From the IMG/VR virus record IMGVR_UViG_3300023174_000040, positions 62,001-126,000 of that record: a DNA stretch of 64,000 bases; one strand, written 5' to 3'. The translations under genes were made by a program, and so were the position numbers. The notes under the pieces were generated by a model. That model was not told where the DNA came from and did not search any database. It worked only from the letters and a program-made list of their open reading frames with translations. Shown here in pieces: positions 1 to 10,282 of the stretch. Position 1 is the first letter of the stretch. The number at the start of each line of letters is the position of its first letter.

Positions 1-696
1 AGTTGTTATACTCTCATATGTTATAACACAGAAGGTTTATCAGATGGAGATGTAATAAGCATAAGAATTAAATTATATAATCAGGACAGAACTTATGGTA
101 ATTCTTACGCAAGCAGTTGTGATTCTTTTTTACAATATTCTACTTTATTAAGCCCAACACAGCCAAGAGCAGAGTATGTAGAAAAGATACTAAATATTCC
201 TGTTTATCAATCAACAAGCATACCCAGAACAGACAGTGTGACAGACTTTAGTTTAGTTGCTAATACTTTAGATGCGTCATATCCAGAATATTTATATTTG
301 TGGATTATTCATCCAAAAGAATATATGTTTTTAGATGAAAATATATATATTAGAATAGAATATACAAAAAACAATGGTTTAAATTGGAATTTTTTAATTG
401 ACGCCTATTCTTCTGGGGGATGGCACAGCTTCATCAACTATGGTTGGGTATTTTTTGATTTAAAATCACAAATATTTTATACTCAATATGAACGTGCATC
501 ATCACAGGAAAATCATAATTCTCCAATAAGTTATTGTGATACTGTTCAGTTTAGATGCGCCACAGTAGACAAAAGTGGAGAGGTCGAATCTTTATCTAAT
601 TGGACTTATTCAAATGTTTTTTCTACTTTAAGCCGTTTTGGAGAAGACTGTTCCAATCAAGTTGAATCTAAAAGCCTATACATCTCTTTTGACTAA
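1..696 (+). CDS. hypothetical protein, 5'-truncated
   Basis: The frame of ORF 238..696 stays open back to base 1, so the true start lies upstream of the window. Confidence 0.75.
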   Translation, partial: SCYTLICYNTEGLSDGDVISIRIKLYNQDRTYGNSYASSCDSFLQYSTLLSPTQPRAEYVEKILNIPVYQSTSIPRTDSVTDFSLVANTLDASYPEYLYLWIIHPKEYMFLDENIYIRIEYTKNNGLNWNFLIDAYSSGGWHSFINYGWVFFDLKSQIFYTQYERASSQENHNSPISYCDTVQFRCATVDKSGEVESLSNWTYSNVFSTLSRFGEDCSNQVESKSLYISFD

Positions 697-705
697 GGAT
701 TTTTT

Positions 706-3700
706 ATGAATTTTGATCATTATGTTAAAAATTTATTTTTATTAAAAAAAGACGAAAATATAAAAAGTATTTCTGTTGGAGTAAAAACCATCTCTGGACA
801 ACCGTCCGAAGAAGAAGCAATAGTTTATTTTGTTGAAAAAAAAATTGATGAAAAAAAAATAGATCCTGATAAAATAATTCCAAAAACTTTAAAAATTAAT
901 GGCAAACAATATAAAACAGATGTTGTAGAAGGTAATTTTGAACTTATTGATTGTTATGCCTATAGCGATACTCAAAAACAATCTAATTATCTATGGTGTA
1001 CTGATTGTGAAAATCCTCCAGAATCTATACGTGCTCATAGAAAAAAAACAAGACCTTTAATAGGTGGAATTAGTATTGGAAATTCAACAATAGCAGGCGT
1101 AGGTTCAAATCTAACGGCTGGTGGTTATGGTTCTGCTGGTACATTAGGTTTAATTGCTATAGATAAAAGAGATGGCTGTGCAGTTGGAATAACTTGTGCC
1201 CACGTAGTTTGTTCTGATTATTTAATATCTAACGAAAAAAATAATGTAAATAATACAGCTGAACAAATTATTAATCAGCCAGCTTATTTTGACTGTCCTG
1301 GTGATATTTGCTCTGATACAGCTATTGGAAAAATAAAAAGACATTCCATAGCAAGTGCAAATCCAGATTATGAAAACTATATTGATTGTGCTTTAGTTTC
1401 AATAAATAATGGTTTATTAGATGAATCTTCTTTCGGTCAATTAGGATTTTCTTCACAAGAGTTAGATTGGGCCACAGAAGCAGAATGTAATAGTTTAATT
1501 ACCTCAAATATAAAATTATATAAAAGTGGTAGAACTACAGGCGCTATAGGAGGTGATGATTGTCCTATAGTTCCTTTTGCATTAAATGCATCATTAACGA
1601 CAGTAGCCCCTGCACAATATAAATATCCTAGTATTCTTTATCAGGGAGGTATAATTTTTAGGTATGCAGCAAATTCACCAGTGCCCGACCGCTGGGGCCA
1701 ACCGATGCCGAAAGAAGGGGTTGCAGTTGGGGGAGACTCTGGATCTGCTTTGATTGGGGATTTTAATGGAGTAAAAAAAATAGTCGGCATAATTTATGCG
1801 GCAGGCTCACAATATGATTATCAAGCAAATTTGAAAGTGGGTGTTTATGGCATAGCGTATCCAATATATAAACTGGCAGAAATTATGAATGTGGAACCAC
1901 TATCACAAACTCCTGGTAGAAATACTATAAATTATAGTAATTCAGAAAATTGGACATATAAAACTTTTGATTCTGATGAACCTTTTATTATTTTTGAAGG
2001 CAAAAAATATTGGCAGATAGGAACAGCAATAACTAGTGATACGCCCAAATTAAAATATGAAAAACCAACGACCAGTTTTTCTACAGAAACTTTTAAAATC
2101 TTTAAATTTTTAGATTCTAATTCTGCTAATTATTCCATACGAGATTATATGGGAGATCAATATAGTACTTTTACTACAAATGCATTTATAAACTATGTTC
2201 AAACAGTAGGAACTAATGGAGCCCCCAGTTATTATGGTACTTATGACCAATCTGGAAATGTTTTTGAATGGATAGACTCTTATGAAGCAAGTTTAGATGA
2301 TGTTAATACTGTGGGAATAAAACAAAGAGGTGGAAGTTTTGATTCTTTTTTTGACGAAATAGATAAAAATTATTATAGAATATTAGATGGAGCTTCTGAT
2401 AATTATTCTGTAGTTATCCCAAACGGAGGAGAAAGAATAAAAGGTGGACCAACGGTAGACGCAGGATTTAGACTATCTAGTAAAACCAATCCATTAAATT
2501 ATTTATTTAGAATTAATGAATTAACCAATGAGTTTGTGAATGTATCAGATGCTTCCAATCAGCCAGATTCAGATACTGGATTAGGAGTGGTTTCTTATAA
2601 TTATAGTATAATGAAATACACTGTGACTAATCAGGAGTATGTTGAATTTTTGAATTCAATAGACCCAGAGGGAACTAATTCAAGAAAGACATATCATATT
2701 GGAATGACATACGGGATAATAGATCAAAATTCTTATTCAATATTAACTAATAGCAGTAAACCAGGCGGTATAGATTTTATTAGCACCAATGGTAATGGAA
2801 ATAAATACAAAGTAAAATTAAATATGGCAAATAAACCAGCTATTTATGTTAGTTGGTATAGTGCTGCAAGATTTGCTAATTGGCTACACAATAGAGTTGA
2901 CAATCCTGATTCAATCGAAACAGAGACTGGCGCTTATAATCTTAATGGTATTTATTACAATGGATCTTCAAACCCCCCAGAGGCAAATTTTGAAGCAAGA
3001 TATAGAATACCAACAGAAAATGAGTGGTATAAAGCAGCATACTATAGTCCCATTAAAAATGTTTACCACAAATATGCAATGCAAAATAATAATATTCCTA
3101 GCAAGGTTTTTACAGCAATGTCTTATCAGCTATACAGGTTTACATTATTTGGATATGGATTATCTGATAAGGTTGTTTCTGGAAATGGTATGGAATTATT
3201 TCATCATTATAAATTTTATAGTAGCTATTTTCCAGAATATAATACGGGTACTTCTAGAATAAAGGGTGTTGAAGATTTGATTGATTCTGATGAAAATGAT
3301 GTTGGCACTGGGGTAGAGATTATATCTTCAAGTAATAATTCATTATTTTATACTCCAAATCAAATAAATTGTTTTAATAAAAATAAAAATATTTATATAT
3401 ATATGAATGAAAATTCCTCTCCTATAGCAACAATAAATTACGCAGAACCACTGGAAAAAACAGGTTTTGGATGGGATGGTATTTCTGGTGTCAATTTGAA
3501 AAATGGAAGCTTTAATGAATTTACATTTGTTACTATTAAAGATGGTATTAAAATTCAATATGATAGTTTTTTCAATAATCAAAATTTACATTTTTTAAAT
3601 TGGTCACAAGATTTTATTTCAGTAGAAATTTTACCAAAACCAATAAACTACAATAGATCATCAAATATCAAGAACGATTTTGGTAATTGGGGAATATTAA

Positions 3701-3735
3701 GAAGTGTCGTCAACAATAATATTTGGAATAATTAA
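706..3735 (+). CDS. trypsin-like serine protease fused to a circularly permuted FGE/SUMF1-like domain
   Basis: Protease motifs TCAHV, YIDCALV, GDSGSAL; FGE motifs YGTYDQSGNVFEW, RGGSF, GFRL, KYTVTNQEYVEFLN, VSWYSAARFANWL, RIPTENEWYKAA. Confidence 0.8.
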   Translation: MNFDHYVKNLFLLKKDENIKSISVGVKTISGQPSEEEAIVYFVEKKIDEKKIDPDKIIPKTLKINGKQYKTDVVEGNFELIDCYAYSDTQKQSNYLWCTDCENPPESIRAHRKKTRPLIGGISIGNSTIAGVGSNLTAGGYGSAGTLGLIAIDKRDGCAVGITCAHVVCSDYLISNEKNNVNNTAEQIINQPAYFDCPGDICSDTAIGKIKRHSIASANPDYENYIDCALVSINNGLLDESSFGQLGFSSQELDWATEAECNSLITSNIKLYKSGRTTGAIGGDDCPIVPFALNASLTTVAPAQYKYPSILYQGGIIFRYAANSPVPDRWGQPMPKEGVAVGGDSGSALIGDFNGVKKIVGIIYAAGSQYDYQANLKVGVYGIAYPIYKLAEIMNVEPLSQTPGRNTINYSNSENWTYKTFDSDEPFIIFEGKKYWQIGTAITSDTPKLKYEKPTTSFSTETFKIFKFLDSNSANYSIRDYMGDQYSTFTTNAFINYVQTVGTNGAPSYYGTYDQSGNVFEWIDSYEASLDDVNTVGIKQRGGSFDSFFDEIDKNYYRILDGASDNYSVVIPNGGERIKGGPTVDAGFRLSSKTNPLNYLFRINELTNEFVNVSDASNQPDSDTGLGVVSYNYSIMKYTVTNQEYVEFLNSIDPEGTNSRKTYHIGMTYGIIDQNSYSILTNSSKPGGIDFISTNGNGNKYKVKLNMANKPAIYVSWYSAARFANWLHNRVDNPDSIETETGAYNLNGIYYNGSSNPPEANFEARYRIPTENEWYKAAYYSPIKNVYHKYAMQNNNIPSKVFTAMSYQLYRFTLFGYGLSDKVVSGNGMELFHHYKFYSSYFPEYNTGTSRIKGVEDLIDSDENDVGTGVEIISSSNNSLFYTPNQINCFNKNKNIYIYMNENSSPIATINYAEPLEKTGFGWDGISGVNLKNGSFNEFTFVTIKDGIKIQYDSFFNNQNLHFLNWSQDFISVEILPKPINYNRSSNIKNDFGNWGILRSVVNNNIWNN

Positions 3736-3736
3736 A

Positions 3737-6700
3737 ATGAAAAGATATAATATAGCTTTAAAAAACAAATCAGATCAAGATAATTTTTGCAACGAAATGG
3801 TCTCTGTTGGGGCTACTAATAATTATGTTCCAGATAGATCTTGTGAACTTCTATCAAAATTTAAACACACATCAAATGCTACATTTATATTAACTGATGA
3901 TGAAGTAAAAAAATTGGAAAAAGATCCCAGAGTTTTAGCAATAAACCAACCATTTGCAGATAAAAATTATTTAATATTAACATGCGAACAACAAATAGAG
4001 GATGAAATTAAAAAATCTGAACCTCTTGGAATATTCAAATCTGATAGATTTTTTAAATATGAAAATCCTACAAAAAATCATCTTGATGCAATAAAAGAAT
4101 TAAAAAAAAGAATTTATAACCAACCAAATCAATCAATAAACACTATTCAATCATTGACATTAGAAGATAAAGAACTCACAATACAAAATTTGCCTGGTGG
4201 AGCAGATGTTGATATTATTATTTTTGATGAAGGACATCTAGATCCGGATAATCCAGAATATTCTATTAAAATTAATGGTATTGATAAAAGTAGAGTATTT
4301 CAAATAGACTGGTTTTCTCTTTTAGATACTGGAGTTTTTCCATCACGCACTGAAGATTTTCAGTATCCATATGGACCGACATATGCGGATCCCCCATACA
4401 GGAACCACGCATCTCATTGTGCAGGAATAGCAGCTGGAAAATTATTTGGATGGGCAAAAAAAGCAAATATTTATACCCTTTCTTATGGTTGGGTTGATAA
4501 TACAGGAAATTGGATAGGTCCAGAAGCGATACTAGAGTTTCATAACAACAAACCTATAAATCCTAGACACGGGAATAAAAATCCTACTATCGTAAACATG
4601 AGTTTTGGTTTTGCTGCATATAAGCCTATTAATAAAATTACTAAGGTCGTATATAGGGGAGTAACATATAATGCACCGAACGGAGGTTTCACTGGCGAAC
4701 AATTAGCTAATTATGGATTAATATCTTTTAATTCTTATATAATACATGGTGTAAGAGGTGATGCAACGATAGATAGTCAAATACAAGCAATGCTAGATGC
4801 AGGAATAATTTTAGTGGGAGCAGCTGGGAATTATTTTCATAAAATAGATGTGGTAGGAGGAGCTGATTATAATAATCATTACTATTATTTAGCGGACGGT
4901 CAAGAGCGAACAGAATACTATCATAGAGGATCTGGACCCACCTCAAATAATGGAGTAATTTGCGTAGGTAGTTTGTCTAATTATTTTAATGGATCTGAGG
5001 AATATAAGTCTGTTTTTAGTGAGACTGGACCTGGAGTGGATGTATATGCTCCGGGTGAAAATATTGTAAGTTGTATAGCAGGAAAATTTTCAGACAACAG
5101 TGATAAAGGCTATGACGGAGCCTGGTCCTCTTCTTATGTAGAACATCCAGATAATCCCAATTATAGAATAAGAAGAATGAGTGGAACAAGCATGGCTTGT
5201 CCTCAAGTTGTTGGAGCTTTGGCTTGCTATGCAGAGTCAAATAGAGAATTAACTCCAGAACAGGCAATGAATTTTATAAAAGATAATGCTATTTCTGCTA
5301 TAACAAGCGTAGGTTCAAATTATAATGATTTTAGAAATTTGCAAGGCGGAACAAATAAAATATTACATTATCCAAATATTAGTATAGCTACTTCTCTCTC
5401 AATCTTGACCAACGCTAGTTTTGAAACAACTACAGACGGAACTACCTCGCAATATATACCGGGATGGACTACGTATGGAGTTGCTAAATCTTCCATTTCT
5501 GTTGAGATTATTGACGGAGGCCCGGCACTAAAAATTTCCAGCACGAGCAAGGCATTCTGCTTTGAATTACCAATAGACCCTGCCCAAGACTATATTTTAA
5601 GCTTTAGAGCCAAAGCCAGTAATGCTAGACCGAAGGTAGAGTTTAATCCTACGTCTCCCTCACAATTCTGGATACCAGAACCAACACAATCTAATTTTGA
5701 CTGGAGGAATTTTACATTTACATGGTCCGCCTCAGCGAGAGGCAATGTAAAGGAAGTATGGATTGCTCTGCTACTGGAATGGGTTGGAAATGGGGCGACT
5801 GTATGGTTCAAGGATGTGAAATTAGAGCCTGTTGGCGGAGGCATCAATTCCATACCGAATTCTACCTTCTCGGAAACCGTGATAGAAACAACCGTGCCGA
5901 ATGGTTGGTCTATATATTCCGGAGTAGCGACAGTTTCGTTGGACCAGACCCAATCGACAAACAAATCTAGGAGTCTCAAGGTTAGCGGCGTCGGCCAGCC
6001 TGTAAGGATAGCTCAATCATTCAATTTGGATTCTGTCAAAACTCAAGGGATAAAGAGAGTAAAAATTTCTGCGTGGGGAAAATCAAATGGGCTCGGAAGT
6101 GATCGAGTAAAATTAGAAGTTTATGGAGCTAACACATCCTCTCCGACTATTTTAAATCTTTCCGGTGACACTGATTGGACAAAAGGAGAGATCATATTGA
6201 ATGTTGATCTCCAAAGTTCGTACCTTTTATTGTGGGTAAATGCTCCGAGACCGTTTTTGGGCGATGCATGGTTCGATGATATTCGTATAGAGGCTGTTGA
6301 AGATTCAGAGGTCGTGAATCTCCTTTCCAACCCTTCATTTTTACCTTCTGTTGCAAATCCTAATATTCCTGATTATTGGGGAGTTTGGGGAGATGCCACT
6401 TTAGGTATAGATCCTTGGACGCTTGATTTTTTTAGTATTGTAGATGAAATAAGTCCTGTAGCTTCTGCTGGCGTAATCAAAATAAGATATCCTTCTACAG
6501 GAAATTTTGTTCCAAAACCAGGCTCCAATCAACTTTCAATGTACTTGCTCACTGGCTCTCCACTATCGTTGGTTCCCGGAACCTATACTTTTTCAATTTA
6601 CGCAAAAGCGGATCGTTCAAATACTATTATTAATATCCAGCATCCATCAAAATTTTTTGCTACGGCACAGGTTGGTACAGAATGGCAGAGAATAACCGCT

Positions 6701-8389
6701 ACAAGTACGGACTTTGCTCTATTGCCATCAATTCATATTCAAGATCCAAATAGCACGGTTTGGTTTTCAGCTCCTCAGTTAGAAGCGGGCTCTAATGCTA
6801 CATCGTTCCGAAAGCCACCAGGCCAAGGAATTACTAGTAACCCAAGTCTCTCAAGTAATGTTTCTGCTACGCTAAAATCTACTATTCGAAACCATACTAT
6901 TAGTAAAATATACAGAGAAAGAGCAGCAAACGTAGTTCAACCGCTAACCATATATACAGAATATGATTATGTTCTAAATGAAACTAATGTTAGGGCAAGA
7001 TTGATCTGGTCTGGCAATGGTCAGACAACCATTCAGTGGAAACTCATAAGTGCTAATGGCACAGATTTAACAACAATACAATCAATAAATTTGAGTAAGC
7101 CAGGAATACACACATTCAATGTACCCATTTCTGGGTTGTCGGCTGGGGTCATTACAATTCAGGCTACGGCCTATTCTTCTGGTTCAGTAGTCGGCATGGC
7201 TTCAAATAACTTCAGAAAACTTAACAACGTGGCACGAGATGTTCGAGTGAATCGTTTCACTAGAAGTTTAAGAGTAAATAATGAACCATTTATTCCACTG
7301 TTTCTTCCAATCAACCCTACCGATGTTACAGATTGGCATTTGAATAGGTTTAAGACAGCAGGTTTTAATTGTTTAGTGGGAACACCAGGAACTCTACTTC
7401 AATCTGAAATTATAAACAACTCTGTACCACTCTCAAAAATTAATAACATAAATCAGCAGTTAGATAAATTGCATGCAGCAGGCATGGGTTTATTTTGGCC
7501 AATCCAATGGTCTCTCAATGACTGGTGGAATAATAAAAATTTTTATGATGGAAATATTTCGGGTTTAGCCAATACATATCAATGGATAGTCTCTACGTTT
7601 AAAAATCATCCCGCTATCTTGGGATGGTATATCATGGACGAACCTAGTGTATCTGATTGGGAAACCAACAGTGGTTTCTCTGAGTCAAATGTGAAAGATC
7701 TATGGCTTGCTGTTAAGACCTCCGATCCCGGCCGTCCGGCATACGTTAATTGGAATCATTCTTGGCAAATATCTCCTTATGGAGGATTTGAATGTACTGA
7801 CATATTGAGCCATGATGACTATTCTTTATCGGGAGAGACTTTTGATTATGGGGAATTATTATCTAATGTCAGGATGGTAAATAATTCTCAAGTAGGTCGA
7901 AAACCAACGTTCGAATTTATTTCGGGGTCGTATGACGAAGTTTTAATGAGACCATCTGCTGCGGCCCTGCGTGTTCATGCTTGGTTACATCTTGTTCACG
8001 GAACAAGAGGTTTTGGTTATTGGTCCAAGATTCCTATGGATCCTCAGGTATGGGCCGAAATGAGGACTTTCAATGAAAACTCTGCGGACTTACACAATCT
8101 TATTCTAGGAAATCCTGATGCTGTTTTGAGAACATCTAGTATTCCAAGTTCAACTATTCAGTATGCCATGTGGACGGTGGATGATTTTGCGTATTTGATC
8201 GCCGTGAATACTGCTTACTGTGATCAAACATTGAATATTGATGTCGCAAGCTTCTGCGAAAGGACGGTATCATCTGCAATTAAGCTTTATAGTTCAGGTA
8301 GTATTAATTCGGTTGATGGCATATTGAATGATAATATTGGACCATTAAATTATTGTGTTTATCGTTTCGTACTGGAACCAGGGACTTGA
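3737..8389 (+). CDS. S8 subtilase with carbohydrate-binding-like domains and a C-terminal glycoside-hydrolase-like domain
   Basis: Subtilisin motifs VDIIIFDEG, HASHCAGIAAG, AAGN, SGTSMACP; repeated N.SFE / WFDD.R.E galactose-binding-like segments; HPAILGWYIMDEP; ATG 3737 preferred to 3704. Confidence 0.85.
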   Translation: MKRYNIALKNKSDQDNFCNEMVSVGATNNYVPDRSCELLSKFKHTSNATFILTDDEVKKLEKDPRVLAINQPFADKNYLILTCEQQIEDEIKKSEPLGIFKSDRFFKYENPTKNHLDAIKELKKRIYNQPNQSINTIQSLTLEDKELTIQNLPGGADVDIIIFDEGHLDPDNPEYSIKINGIDKSRVFQIDWFSLLDTGVFPSRTEDFQYPYGPTYADPPYRNHASHCAGIAAGKLFGWAKKANIYTLSYGWVDNTGNWIGPEAILEFHNNKPINPRHGNKNPTIVNMSFGFAAYKPINKITKVVYRGVTYNAPNGGFTGEQLANYGLISFNSYIIHGVRGDATIDSQIQAMLDAGIILVGAAGNYFHKIDVVGGADYNNHYYYLADGQERTEYYHRGSGPTSNNGVICVGSLSNYFNGSEEYKSVFSETGPGVDVYAPGENIVSCIAGKFSDNSDKGYDGAWSSSYVEHPDNPNYRIRRMSGTSMACPQVVGALACYAESNRELTPEQAMNFIKDNAISAITSVGSNYNDFRNLQGGTNKILHYPNISIATSLSILTNASFETTTDGTTSQYIPGWTTYGVAKSSISVEIIDGGPALKISSTSKAFCFELPIDPAQDYILSFRAKASNARPKVEFNPTSPSQFWIPEPTQSNFDWRNFTFTWSASARGNVKEVWIALLLEWVGNGATVWFKDVKLEPVGGGINSIPNSTFSETVIETTVPNGWSIYSGVATVSLDQTQSTNKSRSLKVSGVGQPVRIAQSFNLDSVKTQGIKRVKISAWGKSNGLGSDRVKLEVYGANTSSPTILNLSGDTDWTKGEIILNVDLQSSYLLLWVNAPRPFLGDAWFDDIRIEAVEDSEVVNLLSNPSFLPSVANPNIPDYWGVWGDATLGIDPWTLDFFSIVDEISPVASAGVIKIRYPSTGNFVPKPGSNQLSMYLLTGSPLSLVPGTYTFSIYAKADRSNTIINIQHPSKFFATAQVGTEWQRITATSTDFALLPSIHIQDPNSTVWFSAPQLEAGSNATSFRKPPGQGITSNPSLSSNVSATLKSTIRNHTISKIYRERAANVVQPLTIYTEYDYVLNETNVRARLIWSGNGQTTIQWKLISANGTDLTTIQSINLSKPGIHTFNVPISGLSAGVITIQATAYSSGSVVGMASNNFRKLNNVARDVRVNRFTRSLRVNNEPFIPLFLPINPTDVTDWHLNRFKTAGFNCLVGTPGTLLQSEIINNSVPLSKINNINQQLDKLHAAGMGLFWPIQWSLNDWWNNKNFYDGNISGLANTYQWIVSTFKNHPAILGWYIMDEPSVSDWETNSGFSESNVKDLWLAVKTSDPGRPAYVNWNHSWQISPYGGFECTDILSHDDYSLSGETFDYGELLSNVRMVNNSQVGRKPTFEFISGSYDEVLMRPSAAALRVHAWLHLVHGTRGFGYWSKIPMDPQVWAEMRTFNENSADLHNLILGNPDAVLRTSSIPSSTIQYAMWTVDDFAYLIAVNTAYCDQTLNIDVASFCERTVSSAIKLYSSGSINSVDGILNDNIGPLNYCVYRFVLEPGT

Positions 8390-8504
8390 CGACACCTTCC
8401 ATGTCTAGCGTAAATGACCTCGATGGAAAAACATAAACAGACTGAGGCAAGTCAAGTGTGATATTTATGGGAAATTACTGTAACTAACAAACTATATTAT
8501 TTGG

Positions 8505-9170
8505 ATGCAAAACAAAGTTTGTTTTTTAATACCATCAACTTCAAATAAGTGCGATTATAAAAGTGTAGAATCTTCTACTTTATATTCCGAGTACTATAAA
8601 TCCATTAAAAAATTTGATATTGAAAAGTATAATTTTTTGATTGGCTTTGATAGCGATGATATCTTTTACAAAAATAATTTAGAAGAACTAAAGAAGTTGC
8701 TTCCAAATAACTTTGATTATTTTTTTATAGATAATCCTAAAAAAAGTTATGTTGAAATAGTCAATAAATTATCAATTATAGCTAAGAATTTCTACAATGC
8801 TGATTATCTTTTTGTGAATGGGGATGATCTCAATCTATCTAGATTAGATTTCATAGATTCTTTTATTGAATATATTAACTCCAATAAGCAGATAGGATTG
8901 GGACATGCCCAAGACTGCTCTAGCGTCTATGGTATTTGCACCAACCCTTTTGTTAGCATGGAACATGTCAACAGGTTAGGTTATTTTTATCCTAATGAAA
9001 TCAAGAATTGGTATTGCGATGATTGGATTCATTTACTATATCAAAAATTAGATAAAGTTATAAAAACAGAAGATTGCATAATAAAAAACAAAGTTATAGC
9101 AAGATATGATATTTTTAGTGTAAAAAATAGGTTAGATATTTTGGTTAATGAGGCATTTTCTAAGTTTTGA
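8505..9170 (+). CDS. GT-A fold glycosyltransferase-like protein
   Basis: FLIPST start, IGFDSDD, YLFVNGDD, NWYCDDWI resemble the GT2-like proteins of large phages. Confidence 0.6.
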   Translation: MQNKVCFLIPSTSNKCDYKSVESSTLYSEYYKSIKKFDIEKYNFLIGFDSDDIFYKNNLEELKKLLPNNFDYFFIDNPKKSYVEIVNKLSIIAKNFYNADYLFVNGDDLNLSRLDFIDSFIEYINSNKQIGLGHAQDCSSVYGICTNPFVSMEHVNRLGYFYPNEIKNWYCDDWIHLLYQKLDKVIKTEDCIIKNKVIARYDIFSVKNRLDILVNEAFSKF

Positions 9171-9326
9171 AATATATTCTGTGTTGTCATTTGTTTTTTT
9201 TTGAAAAAGTTTCTGGACTTTTTGTTTCTTTTGGGTACAGTTGACTGTTGCGACGATTGATCGTGTCAAGAGAGGTTAGAGTCTTATTGGGTTTCCCGCT
9301 GAAACGGAACCTTTTTAATCCTTTAA

Positions 9327-9345
9327 GTTTCTTTTTGGTACGGTT
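9327..9345 (+). promoter_or_regulatory. 19-nt conserved motif GTTTCYYTYYGGTACGGTW (candidate phage promoter)
   Basis: gtttctttttggtacggtt lies 66 nt upstream of ATG 9411; a degenerate copy is at 9224-9243. Confidence 0.65.
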
Positions 9346-9410
9346 GTTGGTCGTGCGACAGTCCTCATGTGAGGCTGGCACAAAGAATAGTTTTTAAAAG
9401 AGGTGTAATT

Positions 9411-9689
9411 ATGGCTCGTCCTAAGAAGTATGTTCGTGGTCGTCGTGCTGGTAAGAAGAGTGTTGATATGGAAACGTTCCTCACTACGGTTGCCAAGGTG
9501 GCTGCTGCTGGTGGTACGCAGTCGGAAGTTGCCGATAAACTCGGTCTGACCGCTGGTGCTGTCAGCCTGCGTTGCAAGGCTCTCCGTGATCGTGGTGTCA
9601 AGGTTCCGAAGTTCACCAAGGCTGGTACTGTCGGTCGCCGTATTGACGTTGCCGCCTGTAATGCTATTCTGGCCGCTGCGGCTGGTTGA
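9411..9689 (+). CDS. small basic helix-turn-helix DNA-binding protein
   Basis: GTQSEVADKLGLTAGAVSLRCKALR HTH pattern; aagagg RBS; paralog of 12547..12816. Confidence 0.75.
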   Translation: MARPKKYVRGRRAGKKSVDMETFLTTVAKVAAAGGTQSEVADKLGLTAGAVSLRCKALRDRGVKVPKFTKAGTVGRRIDVAACNAILAAAAG

Positions 9690-9696
9690 TCGTTAC

Positions 9697-9759
9697 AGCA
9701 GAGGTGGGGAGCCTGCAACAAGGTGGTTGTGGAACAGGTTCAATTCCTGTTATCTGCTT
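9697..9759 (+). ncRNA. compact tRNA-like element
   Basis: AGCAGA/TCTGCT closing stem, AACAGG-TTCAATT-CCTGTT T-arm and GCAAC/GTTGT hairpin; no canonical D-arm or anticodon loop. Confidence 0.35.
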
Positions 9760-9792
9760 AAGACCCGCCCTAAATTGATTAGGGCGGGTCTT
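9760..9792 (+). terminator. intrinsic terminator hairpin
   Basis: aagacccgccctaa / ttagggcgggtctt inverted repeat followed by atctttt. Confidence 0.7.
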
Positions 9793-9815
9793 ATCTTTTA
9801 ATAAATCGAGATTTT

Positions 9816-10265
9816 ATGCTTAGTGATAAAATAAAAGTATTTCAAAATTGTGCAGGAATTAATTTCGCAAAAGACGGGTATTTATCCCCGGCTCTTATCG
9901 CTGAATATACAGATTCTGAAATCAATGTATATTCAGCAGATTTTAATTCGCCTGATGATAAAGAAAAATTTGCCGACTTTATCAGATATCAGATAATTGA
10001 AAAACAACTTGTTGAGTATCTTTTTGTTGCTGAATCTTGGATGAGTCTTTATGAAAAAGATGGATCTTTTGTTAAAAAGATAGAAGCAATAACAATGACT
10101 CACTGCAGCAAGTTTCTTCCATATGAAACAGGCTATTATTCGGAAATAGAAAGATTTTCCGAAGATACTGCTATTCTTAAAGAATGGGTTGAATTTGGTA
10201 AAACATATGGTAGTGAAGGTAATTTTTCTAATTTATTTCTTAAATGTTCTCACGAATGGAATTGA
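9816..10265 (+). CDS. hypothetical protein
   Basis: 149-aa ORF co-oriented with its neighbours. Confidence 0.7.
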   Translation: MLSDKIKVFQNCAGINFAKDGYLSPALIAEYTDSEINVYSADFNSPDDKEKFADFIRYQIIEKQLVEYLFVAESWMSLYEKDGSFVKKIEAITMTHCSKFLPYETGYYSEIERFSEDTAILKEWVEFGKTYGSEGNFSNLFLKCSHEWN

Positions 10266-10282
10266 ATAATAAAGGAATCATA

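Noticed and set aside
9187-9801. ORFs 9187..9381, 9365..9721 and 9556..9801
   Set aside because: They are alternative-frame or antisense shadows of the GC-rich HTH gene and its regulatory region.
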